Positions 28,121-42,640 of a DNA stretch of 64,000 nt are shown in pieces. Position 1 is the first letter of the stretch. Every line of letters starts with the position of its first letter. This stretch comes from the human T2T-CHM13v2.0 reference genome, Homo sapiens, in the NCBI RefSeq assembly GCF_009914755.1, contig NC_060928.1; one strand, 5' to 3'. The notes beneath the pieces were generated by a model, which ran no database searches, was not told where the DNA came from, and was given only the letters and a program-made list of their open reading frames with translations. A program made the translations under genes and the position numbers.

Positions 28121-28867
28121 CAAAACCACCTTTGCAAAATTATGACAGTAAGAGAAATCTGACATGTTTGGCTCCATCTTATTTCTGACCTCCAAGCTGT
28201 TCTCGGTCATTCCTGGGTTTGGCCATGCTAGCTTTGGGAGGAATTTAGTTCATAGTTTAACTTGAAAGCAAGGATGATAATAGTCCCTCCCTAAAATGAA
28301 CTCCCTCTTTGCTCAGGAAACAAAAACTGCCCTTGTAAGATTAATGAAAGGCCATAAGAATAGGATTATGCGACAGGCCTGAATTCTGCTAAAATGTAGC
28401 AATAGTTTCTATAATCCTCTGCTTCTCAGGAGTTATCTAGCTAGAGGTCACAAGACTTGTGACTTTCTCAATTGTTCCTACTGATAACATCACTATTGTA
28501 GAATCTAAGATTTCTTTTTTGTTGTTGTTTTTTGAGATATTTTTCAGACTGACCCTGCCTGAACCCATGACTCATGACCCAACTGGTCCTGTGGTCCTAC
28601 CCAGAAGTGGATTCAGTGCAGAGGGCCACTTCCCACAACCCTATGATTTCATCCCCAACCAATCAACAACACCCATTCCTAGCCCCCTACCCACCAAATT
28701 GTTCATAAAATCCCTAAGCTCTGAGCCTGTGCAGAGGCAGATTTCAGTAATAACTCCTTCTCCCACATGGCCAGCTTCCTGTCAGTCAAACTCTTTCTCT
28801 ACTGCAATGCCATGGTGTCAGTTAATTGATTTTGCCTGTGCAGCAAACAACCTATCAGGTGACTACA
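28121..28867 (+). mobile_element. LTR8-family solo LTR (ERV1)
   Basis: aaaccacctttgcaaaattatgacagt start; ggtgactaca end. Confidence 0.85.
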
Positions 28868-29524
28868 AGAGCAGAATCGCCTACTCTACCATCATCAAAT
28901 GCTACTTGTCAATTGGTTTTAGTGCTCACGGTGATTCATACCATAATTCACCTAGTAATTATAAAATGATTCATATAACATTTAGTATTTGAAACTTTAA
29001 AGAACCTAGTAAGACACCAACTATATGTTTCTATCAATGTGGCTGAAAGAAAAGAGCAAGCTGTATTGTGGGAGAAGTGTGCCCCTTCACTGTTCACACA
29101 GCTTGGGGACACTGTTTTTAAAATATCTAGAGTTGGTATGGCTGAAATACCGTTTATAGTCTCTCTTCCTATCTTTCACACATGCTACCTCTATCCTTTT
29201 ACACCACTTTCTTCCTTTCTCTTTTTCACTTCCTTGCTTATTTTTGAAGAAATCATTAGGTCAATCTCCAGTTTCACCTAAATGACAGTATCAGTCATCT
29301 TGAGCAGGCCAGAAAATAATATTGTCATCTTCCATGTGTCCTACCAAATGTAATGCCTTTAGCATCTGCTTTGAGGTTTGACAGAAAAATAAAATAAAAA
29401 TAAAGTAAAATAAAAACACACACACAGAAGATTCCCTCTTCCAAACTCTCTGAACTACAATGAAAGCTTGTCTCAGTCCAAATTCTGCCATACTCATAAA
29501 CATATAAGAGGCACAAAATATGGG

Positions 29525-29740
29525 GCCCAGGTTCTGGAGCCAGCTGGTTTGTGTGCAAAACCTGACTCAGTCAATTATTATATGTGTGACCTTTGGAAAT
29601 TCACTAAGGTTCCCTGGGTCTTAGTTTCTTCAACTATGATTATCATGCCTACCTTGAGTTATGGTGAAGGCAAATGAGTTGATATATGTAAAGCCTTTAG
29701 CACAATGCCTGGAAGACAGTGAGCACTCAATAAATGCTGA
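29525..29740 (+). mobile_element. MIR
   Basis: tgtgtgacctttgg...ttagcacaatgcctgg...gcactcaataaatg. Confidence 0.7.
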
Positions 29741-29864
29741 TCATTTCTATAAGAGGTACTATAGGTTGAAGGCTAAGGACCCAGGCTCTGGAGTCAGCTG
29801 TCAGGCCCCGAAGCCTAGTCTGCCTCTCAAGTAGCTGCATAGCCTTAGGCAAATTATTTAGTAG

Positions 29865-30325
29865 GTCAAACTGTTTTCAGATCCCAAATTATTGTTTTTT
29901 GTAATCCTTAGGGGTCAACAAGAACTGCAAGAGACTTTTCCACTATGTACATAAAGACAGAACTGGCCCACCAAGGAGAACAAATATTCCTGTTCCCCTT
30001 CCTGTTATCTCATTATCCTTTACAGGAACCACAGATGAACAGACCGTTTTTCAAGATAGTGAGTGTCTCCAATTATTTAAAATCCAAAGAACATTATTTA
30101 CAATCAATTTAGGTTCTAGATCCTATCTTTCTCCCTAGTAATCATTTATTGCCCCTCAATGGGATTCTTCGTAGTCCTTCTCCCACAACTTGTTTTACAA
30201 CGATCCAAGTGCCCATTCTTTCTGTAACCTCAAGATGATACATAAGCTCCTGTACCTCATTGGGAAGTTGCGTCTTCATTCTGATGGCTCCTGTGTAAAC
30301 ATGTTAATTTGTATGCCTTTTCTTC
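29865..30325 (+). mobile_element. MER34-family LTR fragment
   Basis: cccattctttctgtaacctcaagatg, cttcattctga, tttgtatgccttttct motifs. Confidence 0.55.
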
Positions 30326-30512
30326 GGTTTTTTAAAAAAGTTCAAATAATATCCAAAAAGTTAGCCATCACAGTTATACATTTAATAAATCCTTCCTTGT
30401 CTTTATTCCACCTTTAAACTTCCTAAATTACCTTGGTTTTCTTCTCCGAAAGTTTTAATTACTTTCCTTTATAGTTAAGGTTTTCAAATTTTGTGGTTAC
30501 ATACTTTGGTGG

Positions 30513-31104
30513 TGTAAGGTACATGGATGTGCTTTGGTCAAGCAATAGGCGGAGGCAGATATCCAGGCCTTCATGACTTATCGAGTTTGGCACGCAGGTG
30601 CACACCTCCACTTGTTATATAACCTCTATGAGTTTATAATTGGCTCTGAGCCACTGTTGTTTGTAAAAGGTGTAATTGCCCTGCTAACGCTGTACAGGGG
30701 CTCTTGGGGCTCAGCTGGGCTCAGCATGGCTTGACATGTTGGGCTCGCTGGTGCCCAGAGAGAGAGAACCAGAGCTGTCCATCTTGCAGACGGACATAGG
30801 GGAGCCACAGCATGGCTCACGCTGGTGCCCAGAGAGAAAAGAGTTAAGCTGCTGACCCAGAAGGCAAGGGAGAGCTGGCCATGCAGCTGTAGGTGTGGGG
30901 GTGGCAGGAGCCACAGAGCCAGAGCAAACAGCTGAGACAAAGGTGGACAATGTGAAAAGAGCTAATGAGAAAGCTGATAATGAAAGCTGCTGCTAAATAA
31001 AAACCATATTCACCTGCCTACAGCCCTCCGCGTGTTCTTTCTGACCATCCACCCACTCCCCTCAAACTTCAGCATAGGCTGGACCTGGACCCCGGGATCT
31101 AACA
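30513..31104 (+). mobile_element. LTR18 (A/B) solo LTR (ERVL)
   Basis: tgtaaggtacatggatgtgctttggtcaag start, aaca end; 5-bp TSD ggtgg. Confidence 0.85.
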
Positions 31105-31235
31105 GGTGGGTTTATTTGTCATTCATTAACAGGTCACTAACTGGGCTCTTCCAGTGAGGGGATTCCTATACTGAAACTCAAAAAATTTCTTCCTTTTGGT
31201 GGTAGGAAGAGTGGATAATTTCCAGAATTTTATTA

Positions 31236-32689
<1,454 letters not shown>

Positions 32690-33415
32690 TGCTGAATTAA
32701 AAAGTCACAAATCTATAAATTTAGAAAAAAGGGTTTTATTTCTAAAAGTGGGTATCATAGCCTGAAGGCAGGAAGAGAAGCCTCCAACTGAAACCGAAAA
32801 GCAAGCGCTTCAAGGGAGGGGCAAAGGGAACAGGAATTTAAACTGAGTGAGGTAGCTAAGTTTACATATTCAACAGATTATAGGAGGTACTATGAATATT
32901 CACAGGGGGTGGCGTGCACATGCATAGTAGGCTAACATGTACGCAATATGCATCCCATGTTCACCTTGGGGACAGAGACTTAACATTTAAATGTATTACT
33001 ATTAGGCTGTTTACTTGTAAAGCCCTTTGGGTGCAGTCTCTGTGCTCTGTGAACTGACTGCCAGAACCACTTCCTGGCCAGTGGTCTCTTACAGGGAAGA
33101 AATACTGATCAGTTGTTGTGCCCAACCACAGAAAGGGAAAGGCAGGGTCAGTGCCCAACCAAGAAAGCCTGGTTGATATTCGTAGTGGAATCTTTTTCAA
33201 GGGGTTGGTTTCTGTTTAGCCCTTAGGTGAAAAAACAAAACTAATAATGGCAGTTAATGAGAGAGGAGTACAACGAGGCGTATTCAACTCTTCCTCCTGT
33301 GGGGGCTGGAACTCAGTATTTTTTCTTGGCCAGGTGGGGTATCCAAGGGCTCCCCTTGGACAAAAGATGGTCTGTTCAGTTGATTGGGGGCTTAGAATTT
33401 TATTTTTATGTATCA
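32690..33415 (-). mobile_element. MER39-like LTR (MER4 group)
   Basis: Reverse complement begins tgatacataaaaataaaattctaagccccc; contains taagggctaaacagaaacc. Confidence 0.7.
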
Positions 33416-33935
33416 TATTTTATCTTTCTTGAGCTCATTTTATTTAGATATTTGGCATCATTTATCAATACTGTTTGTCTCTTATCTTTCACATTTTCTT
33501 GTTTCTCTGATTTTATTTGGTGTTTTGGGAACATTCTGTGATTATGTTTTCTAAACTCCCTGGCAATCTTTTAATTTTATTTTAGACACTTATTTATAAT
33601 TTTCTGGATCTTTGGTTTATTACCTGATTTTTCTTTTTTATTTAAAAAATGGATGCCATATCTCTTAAATTTCTCTGGGCATACACATTAGAATGTCTTT
33701 TTGTATTTTGCTTTTGTTCTACATTCTTTTTTGTCACTTGTATTGCTTGTGTTCTGGGGCAATTTTTCATTGTGATGGCTTAAGATGTTGAGAGAATATT
33801 TTGTTCTCCATTCATATCTAAGAATGAGGAAATAAAATGCTGGTTGGCAGCTCTGGGTATGCTACTGTGCTCATTTCTTGTTCATCTTTGCATTAGTGGA
33901 GTAGAACTAGAAGCCAGGGTTAAGAAGGAAGGCCA

Positions 33936-34228
33936 GGCTGGGCACGGTGGCTCACGCCTGTAATCCCAGCACTTTGGGAGTCCAAGGCAGGCCGATCATG
34001 AGGTCAAGAGATCAAGACCATCCTGGCTAACAGGGTGAAACCCCGTCTCTACTAAAAATAAAAAAATACAAAAAAATTAGCCGGGCATGGTGGCGGGCGC
34101 CTTTAGTCCCTGCTACTCTGGAGGCTGAGGCAGGAGAATGGCGTGAACGCAGGAGGCGGAGCTTCCAGTGAGCCGAGATCGCGCCACTGCACTCACTCCA
34201 ACCTGGGTGACACAGCAAGATTCTGTCT

Positions 34229-34262
<34 letters not shown>
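33936..34262 (+). mobile_element. AluY
   Basis: TSD aagaaggaaggcca; pure A tail of about 35 nt. Confidence 0.95.
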
Positions 34263-34266
<4 letters not shown>

Positions 34267-35354
34267 AGGAAGGCCAAAGCCAGTACTCATCACCTTCCCC
34301 TGGGACCTGCACATTCTCCTAGATGAACCCTTAAGATACCAGCTTGGGGGCTTGGGGGCTACAGCTGGGATACCATGTGGTGTGTGAATCTCAGAGACAG
34401 GAAAGTAAACTCTCTTATGAAAAGTTTCAGTTAATCCCTTTGAATTTAGCTCCATGTTTTATTTCTCCTCAGTCATACTTTGCATTCTTGAGTGTTTAGA
34501 TTCTAGATTTCTGCAGGTAAAATCAGCTTCTTTCTGAGCTGCCTCACACTTTAGAAACATTCTAGGCTACTTCTTTGACTGCCTGGCACAGTACTCACTA
34601 CTTTTAAGTCCAATTACCGCGATCCAAAATTAAATTGAAATTGCTTATGTGGTCTTTTGCCTGATAGTTTTGTTCATCAGAAGTTTATACCTTTCAGTGG
34701 CTTCCTGTTATTTTATTGGCATTTTAAAAGAGAAAAACAATTGGTGGTGATCAATTCATTTTATTTACCCAGGCCATCTAAACTATGGGTAGGACATTTC
34801 CCTATGCCAGAGACTTTAGGACCTTTAAAAGGCTGACCAGACTATTTCCCACGCACTATAATAGTTGTTCCAGTATGAATCTTTTAAAAATTGCATCAAT
34901 TATAAAAACATTTGCATTATCCCATCAAATGCGACAAAAAAATTGTGATTAAATGCATTTGTCTTTCTTATATACTACTACTTCAAATAGCAAAGTAGGA
35001 ATGAGATTTCTTAATGCCTATCTCATCTCCATCTTTTGTAAATATGAGATAGTATGCATTTTTTTCCAAAAGTTTTTAAGATAAATTAAACAATGCAAGG
35101 AAACATCCAGCTTAAGATTTAGTACACTGTAAGCCTCTAACAAATGTCTATTCTCTAGCCATCTATTACAATCCCAACTAGAGAAACAGATTTATATTTA
35201 TTAAGACTTTGAAATAAAGGTTTATGTTTAACAGATGTCTGGTAGCTGCAATTCTGAAATAGTCAGCTGTCTCTAACTTCATCCAAATATGAGATAATTT
35301 GAGAATAATTTAAACAGCCAGGGCGTTAGGATCCTTTGAGATAATATTGCACCT

Positions 35355-35803
35355 CACAGGCTGGTTTTACTGCCTTACTATATGCAGAGGTTGTCTGCCA
35401 AGTGCATGACTTTGATGCGACAGAATGTCCACACATGTCAGACAAAGATTTATTACTCAAGGACAGGCAGCACAGATAACTGGAAGTGTAGAACCCATGG
35501 TGAGCTGGTCTCCCAAGAAAGCTGCCGAGAGAATAGAATCCCACTGGGTGCTTCCCATGTTGCACGGCAGCTGAGGGACACTGAAAGCACTCCAGCCAAC
35601 TGTAAGGTGCCACCGGGCTCACTAAGTGCAAGCGCCATAGAACATCTTATTCTAAGAAAATGAGGACACAGCCCAGGTTGTTCCGGACAGTTCTTCCTTG
35701 TTTCAGCATGTTGCACTCTCAGTACATTCTGACTGAGAAATGCAAGCAAGAGAGGGAAGATTTGGGTTAGCTAAGTACATCCAACTGGGGACTTTTCCTC
35801 CTG
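35355..35803 (-). mobile_element. ERVL LTR, MER54/MER74/LTR53-like
   Basis: Reverse complement caggaggaaaagtccccagttgg...gtccctcagctg...gagtaataaatc. Confidence 0.6.
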
Positions 35804-36532
35804 GGATATCATTAGAAAGCTATGCACCCCACCCGACTGTGAAAATCTATTGGTCATTGTCTATAATGGAATTCATTGATTAAAAACAAGTTTTATCTTC
35901 AACACATTTTGCAATGTATTTTAAAATAATAAATCGGCAATACACAATTTACACATGTATGCAGTGTGTAAAGACTATAATTACTTAGTAATATTATTTT
36001 CAAGTCTTCATATAAAAGAAAATAAAAATAGAAACTTTAATTCAAAAGTTGAATAATTAAATCTGTAATATACTTTTATTTGTTTTCTGTCTTTTATGAG
36101 GAATCAAAACAAGTTTTGGCTTGTTGTACTACTTGAATGAGAAAATATTATTAAAATGAGTGCAATCATAAAACTGTTCTCAAAATTATAGAAACACAAG
36201 CAGGTAAGGAACACTATTCCGGAAGGCAAAAAATGGATATAGCAAGCAATAAGAGTTTTAATTATTAGTATTTCTCTAAGAAGAGATCATGGATTATCAC
36301 CAAGAAACTAAAACAAATGAAATACATTGCGTGCAATGAAATATCAATTTCTGATGTTTGCCTACTGCTTAAGAAAGGTATTAGAATAAAACAAACTGAT
36401 GTATATCACAAAAGAGAAATAGTTTATTTATTGTTATGTTTTCTTTATTTGTATTTTTTGTTTTAGTAATTTTATACTGTAGAAGTGCTTTTGAGGATAT
36501 CTTTTTTTTTCTTTACGAAGTAATTAAACTTA

Positions 36533-36788
36533 TCTATTGTACAGCATGGTGAATATTGTTAATAATAGAGTACATTTCAAAATTGCTAACAGAATAAATT
36601 TCAAATGTTCTCACCACAAAAAAATGATAAGTATTTTAGGTTATGAATATATTAATTAGCTTGATTTAATTATTTCATGTTGTAGTCATAAATCATATTA
36701 CTTTGTAATCCATCAATATATAAAAATATAAATTGTCAATGTGTAATAAAATTTTCTTAAAAAAGTTTTTAAACCTGCTTAAAAAAAT
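36533..36788 (+). mobile_element. L1MA 3' end, 5'-truncated
   Basis: aaattgctaa...aaatgttctcaccacaaa; TSD aagt(a/g)attaaactt. Confidence 0.85.
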
Positions 36789-37204
36789 AAGTGATTAAAC
36801 TTGTTTAAGCTCTATCCTCTTTCTCGTGATCCACCATCATCTCAGGAAAAGAGATTTAAAAGCTGTATATGAAAATAAAGCACAAAAAAGCAAAAGGAAA
36901 TGCAAAATGAATAAATATAAAAACATGTTGATTGAAGAGAATTTTAAAAGAGAAAGAAAAATTCTAATAGAATTATATAATAAAGCAGTGATGAGATAAA
37001 TAAAATAACAAATAATTTATAAATCTATTCCTCTACTAAAATGTACATATAAAATCCTTATCTAGGTGCAGTTATGTTTTTTAAATATAACAATAAAAAT
37101 AATGTTTGTGCACAGAATTTAGTAAGATATATGCCATTCAAAACCAACAGTAGACTATGATGCTTTATATGATTTCCATTTCTCTTAAGAAGTTAAACAT
37201 TATA

Positions 37205-37500
37205 GGCTGGGCTCATGCCTGTAGTACCAGCACTTTGGGAAGCCAAGGCTGGCAGATCACTTGAGTTTGAGACTAGCCTGGTCAACACAGCAGAACTCCT
37301 CCTCTACTAAAAATACACAAATTAGCTGGGCATGGTGGCACATGCCTGGAATCCCAGCTATCTGGGAGGCTCAGGGTCTCAGGCAGGAGGACTGCTTGAA
37401 CCCAGGAGGCGTAGGCAACTGTGAGCTGAGACGGTGCCACTGCATTCCAGCCCGGGCGACAGAGTGAAACTCTATCTCAAAAAAAGAAAAGAAGAAAAAT
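37205..37500 (+). mobile_element. old Alu (J/S)
   Basis: TSD aagaagttaaaca. Confidence 0.9.
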
Positions 37501-38765
37501 AAAGAAGTTAAACACTGAAGAGTCTTCTAAGTATTTAGAAACGGCCAATTCAAAAGTGCTGATAATTTCTAACTTCAGCCTCTGGGATTCCCTGTTCAGG
37601 TTGAGCTGTATAAAGATGCATGTATATTTTTTTGCCAGCTGCTCTTCAAATGATAAGTGATGCCTTTTAATTACATTTTACATGGTAATTAATTTAAAAT
37701 ACCCATGGAAATTCTTCATCTTGGAATCCCTCTTCAGGCAGCGCCCAGATGCCCCAGGCTTTCAGCACTTTACTCCAGTTTCCAAAATATTCTTAAAGTA
37801 CCTAAGGTAATAGAGAGTTTTGAAAATATTCCAAGCAGCTAGAAAATAAAAACAGCCATTTGCCGAATGAACAATAAAAGAGCAACACATATGTTTACAC
37901 TTTTGAAATAAAGTAATACTTTTCATTATAAACACATGCAAATAGAACACAAAGAAATAGTACAATTTTTGAGTTATCTGAATATTTAGCTATTTTACAG
38001 CAGCCTCAATACAAGAAAGCCATCATCTTCAGTAGATGCTTTGATTCCACAGGGCCGTAACTGTAATTTTCATTTTGGGCCAGAGAATTTTTTCTAAAGA
38101 AAGCATACTTTTATTTATTTACAATTTAAATAATTACATCATAATTTTACTTCCTATTTGTATTTTATTGCACATTTTAATCTGCTGCCATTTTGTTGAC
38201 ATTAATCTGAAAGAAGGACAAGATTGCCAAATCTGAATGCATTATATTGATCGTGCATCTTATCAGTTCACAGAGCAACTCCGGGTGAGGTCGGTGAGAG
38301 CAACTTGCCTTGGCAGGGACAAGTACATTATCACTGGCATTGCTGTAAGTCCTGACACATAGTAATAATAACAGCAGATCAACTTTTATTCTGTTTTATT
38401 ATTGATGTTGAAGTCTCTGCAGGTAGTGCCTTCTCTTATTTTTTGCATCTAAGTTTCTGGGATTTTCTGCATCCTTACTGCCCTGCTGTCAGCGAAAACC
38501 AAACTATTTAATAATATTAATAATAAAGTTTGCACATGTCAAAAGCAAGCTTTGACTTCACACTAAATCCAAAATGAGAAAAATCTTTTTCTCTAGGGAG
38601 AAAACATTTTCCCTGCAGAAGTCCATATGCACAAGATGCAGCCTCTAAGAAGTAACCAGGAAAAGCTGGACATTCCATACCTCATATGAAAACTTGAAGT
38701 ATGATTCTGGAATGGAGACATTTAATACATTTTGTATTTACTAGTGATCAAAATTAATGTTTACA

Positions 38766-40890
38766 GGGAGACTTAAAGATGGCTGCCCAGAAGCACAGGA
38801 CACTCCCCTCCTCCACAAAGAAGACACAAAATAGCCAATGTAGATAATCACACTTTGACTAGAGCATCTAAGAGAGAATGCTGGAGCTCAGCAGAGAAGT
38901 GACAGGAAACAGCTATGGCTCTGAAGGAGGAGGTAAGGCAGAGGGCCTGGCCAGGAGCAGCTGGGAGCCCAAAGAGGCTTCCCAGTGAGGGAAAATGATA
39001 AGTGAGTGACCCCTGGTGGTCCACATTCCCACTGTGAACTCTTGCACACGGCCACAGCCATCTGACCAGCAGAGCTCACCACTTAGGGACTGATGATTGC
39101 CCCACACTGCCCACCGTAGCCTGAGCCCTTGTGCATGACCTGCAGGCCTCAAGACTGACAGGCCCAAGTGACCTGGTGCTGAGCCCTCTCCCTGAGCCCA
39201 AGCATGCCGCCCAAGACCCTGGAAATTGCCCCATTCTTGTTCACCACAGCCTATGCCCATGAACATCAGATGGGGGGTAGGAGATGCCTAAGGACAGGAC
39301 TGCCCAGTTTGGCACTGTTCCCCTAGTGCCCAAGCCTGCCACCTTGGGGACCTGGGAATTGATCAATGTTTTTGGACACCACAGTGCATGCGTATGCACC
39401 AGGGAATCTAGAACACGCCCAGAAAACCTTCTGGCAGTGGTCAAGCATGCCGTCAGGTCTGGGAACCTCTCTGGCCGGTCCACCATGACTGGCATCTGTG
39501 CACCCCTCTCAGGAGCCTGAGGACAGGCCCATCCAACCTGCTCCCACCACTGCTGCTAGCACCCACCTGCACAAGCTCTACCTGGAAGCCTGAGGACTGG
39601 CCTGTCCAGCTGGTTGCAGCCACCACTAACACCAGCGCATAGTGCCTGGGAGCCTGAGGGTTGTCCAGCTACTGACATTACACATGCCATGCACGTTGCT
39701 TAGGGGCCTGAAGACTCACCCTCCTGCCCAGGTCACTGCTGCTGCTACCAGCACAAAAGCAAACTAACTGGAGGCCCAAAAATCAGCCTGCCTGAAACCA
39801 GTAACATCAGTTCCCACAGACACTTCCCTGGGGACCCAAGGACAGGCAAACTCAGCCTACTGATCCTAACACTGGGGCCCGAGGACTGGCCCATGTGGCA
39901 TCCTTATTCTCAGCAAAACCTCGCCATAGCCTCCACTAACAACTACAGCCTAAGCCACTGAGGAAAGCACAAACACTACTGTCCCTGTTTACAGCTGAGA
40001 AACATCATATGGAGACTACACTTCACACACCCAGAACCAAAGCTAAAGTGCCCTACCCAACCAACACCACAGATACAGCCACAGGAAAAAATCTTCCCCT
40101 ATGACAGTCAGCCTCCAAAATTGGAAGAAGCAACGGTTATACCAGATGCACAGATATCAATGTAAGGATGAAAGAAATGTAAAAAAGCAAGGAAAGATGA
40201 CACCTCCAAAGAAACAATAATTCTCCAGCAACAGATTCCAATGAAAAAGAAAATTATGAAATGGTGAAAAATGAATTTAAAATAATGATATTAAGGGAGC
40301 TCAGTGAGATATAAGAGAACACAGATAATACAAAGAAATCAGAAAAACAACTCAGGATATGAATAAGAAATTTATGAAAGGAATAGATAGATAATCATGA
40401 AGAAGAATCAAACAGGTATCCTAGAAAGGAAGAATTTAATGAATCAAATAAAAAATACAATCAAGATCTTCAACAATAGACTAAATCATGAAGAAGAAAG
40501 AATTTCAGAACTTGAAGACAGGTCTTTGGAAATAGCCCAGTCTGACCAAAAAGAAAAAAAAGAAAGAAAATAAATAAAAAGAATGAAGAAAGCCTGTGTT
40601 ATATGGGACACGATAAAGTTAGAAAATATTACAAATTTGGGTGTTCCAGAAGATGAAGAGAACACCAATGACATAGAAAAGGTATTTAACAAAATGATAG
40701 CTGAAAACTTTTAAATCTCGCAAGAGATTTAGACATCCAGGTGCAGGAAGCTCAGAGATCGCCAAATAGATACACCTTTGTTTTTTTTCCCTGACATGTA
40801 ATAGACAAAATGTCAAAATTAAAAACAGAATCCTAAAAAGAGTGAGAGAAAAGTGTCTAGTCACATATAAGAAAACCCTTCTGTGAGATA
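38766..40890 (+). mobile_element. L1M/L1MA 5' UTR plus partial ORF1
   Basis: aagatggctg start, GC-rich UTR, ORF1 motifs (gaagaaagaatttcagaacttgaagacagg; gacatccaggtgcaggaagctcagaga). Confidence 0.8.
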
Positions 40891-41254
40891 AGACATACTT
40901 CACCCCATTAAAAATATTTATATACTCAGAAAGAACCAAAATCACCTAAATATGGTATGATAAAGCTGAAATACATTTCCTCATTGACAATGACTGCGCT
41001 CTGTACAATAATATCATAGTGACTTCCACTAAATATTTGGTTTTGTGTAGTACAAGTAAATATTTAAATGTCCAAGTGATTAAAAAATTAAATGGCTGAT
41101 TTAGTTACACTTCATTTTTAAAAAGATATTGTCATTTCTTTCTTTCCATACTTCCACTAAGAATATTTTGTATTCTCTTCCAATTACAAAAAATGTTCTT
41201 ATGTAAGGTTTTGAATTATATTTTAAAATGTCTATCTGAGATGTCACAGTGTTT

Positions 41255-41485
41255 GAGGATCAAAAGCTTAGTGTTTGTGATCAAACTGCCCAATTCTGAA
41301 TTCCAACTCTGCCATTCATTTACTGGGCAAACTTGAAAAATTGTTTCACTGTTTTTGCTGTCTTCTTTAAAATGACAATAATATAATAATAGGACTATTC
41401 ATAGGACTGTTTTGAGTATTTAATAAAATGTGTAAAAGCTATGCATAGTGTCTGGTACATATCAGACATTCAATAAAGATTGCCT
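41255..41485 (+). mobile_element. MIR
   Basis: ctctgccattcatttactgggcaa...catagtgtctggtacata...caataaa. Confidence 0.65.
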
Positions 41486-42075
41486 ATTTTCATTGTCTTT
41501 CTTTCTCTCTTTCTCTCTCTCTCTCGCTCTTGCTCTCTCTCTCTCTCTCTGCCTCTCCCTTATGAGCTTTACCTTTGCTAACCCTTTCACAGGAACAAGT
41601 GGCTAGTTGTTCACTTTAGTTCTTTTTTATCCTATAAATTCAATATTATTTTGTTGTAATTAACATATCTTTGTTTAGATTTAACTTTACGTTTATCAAT
41701 TTATTTGTTTGTTTTTTTAATTTAAGATCATACTGCTGGGACTATTAACCTTCTTTCAAGAATGCATCTTTTAAAATTACATAACTGAAAGTTGATGACT
41801 AAAAATGCTCTCTGATCTGAGTTTAACTGAAGATGTTTGTTAATTCTTTTTGGCTTTCATTCTTGTAAGAAAGTCGTGTTCTGTATAAAATTCTAGGTCT
41901 CAAAATATTATTTTTTCATCAATTTCAGATGTCATTTTACTCTCTTCAGGAATCTTTTGTTGCTGAAAAGGAGTCTAACATCAATGTTACCTACACATGT
42001 CTTCTCTCTGCCAGCTTTCAAGGTCATTTTTTAATTTTTGATATTTAAGTCACCCTATAATGTAAACTGGTACAA

Positions 42076-42640
42076 TGTATTTATTTTCTATTGATGCATA
42101 ACACTTTACCACAAATTTACCAGCTTAAAACAGTACAAATTTATTTGCTACCAGTTTCTGTGGGTCAGAAGTCCGGGTACTGCATGTCTGGGTTTTCTGC
42201 TCAAGGTCTAGTTAAAGTGAAATCAAGATGTTACCCAGGCTGAGCTCCCATCTGAAGGCTCTGGGAAGTATTCTGTTTCCAAATTTACTCAGGCTGTTGA
42301 CAAAATTCAGTTCCTTGAAATTGTAATACTAAGGTACTTATTTCCTTGCTGGTTGTCAGATGGGGGCTGCTTCTGCTAGTAGAGATCCCCCACGTTCCTT
42401 GCCGTATGCCTTCCATCGTAAAAGCCAGCAGTGGAGAATCTTCTTCTCATCAAATTCGTCTCACTCTTTAAAATTTATTTTGCCAGGAAAAATCCAGTCC
42501 CTATTATAAGTTTACCTGATTTGGTTGGATTCACCCAGGATGATCTCCCTCTTTTAAGGTCAACTGAATTGGAACCTTAATAACATCTGCAAATTCCCTT
42601 CAGAGCAGCACACAGATTAGTCTTTGACTGAATAATGTGT
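42076..42640 (-). mobile_element. MLT1E-like MaLR LTR
   Basis: cagcttaaaaca...cagtttctgtgggtcagaagtcc...aattcagttccttg. Confidence 0.75.

Noticed and set aside
28459-28992. 177-aa ORF with a paralogous ORF at 31743-31967
   Set aside because: Lies in LTR8; the similarity is explained by the local DNA duplication
29280-29370. Minus-strand exon-like segment after a pyrimidine tract
   Set aside because: No AG at the expected acceptor and no supporting neighbours
38888-39900. GC-rich stretch as a CpG-island gene promoter
   Set aside because: CpG-depleted L1 5' UTR leading into ORF1
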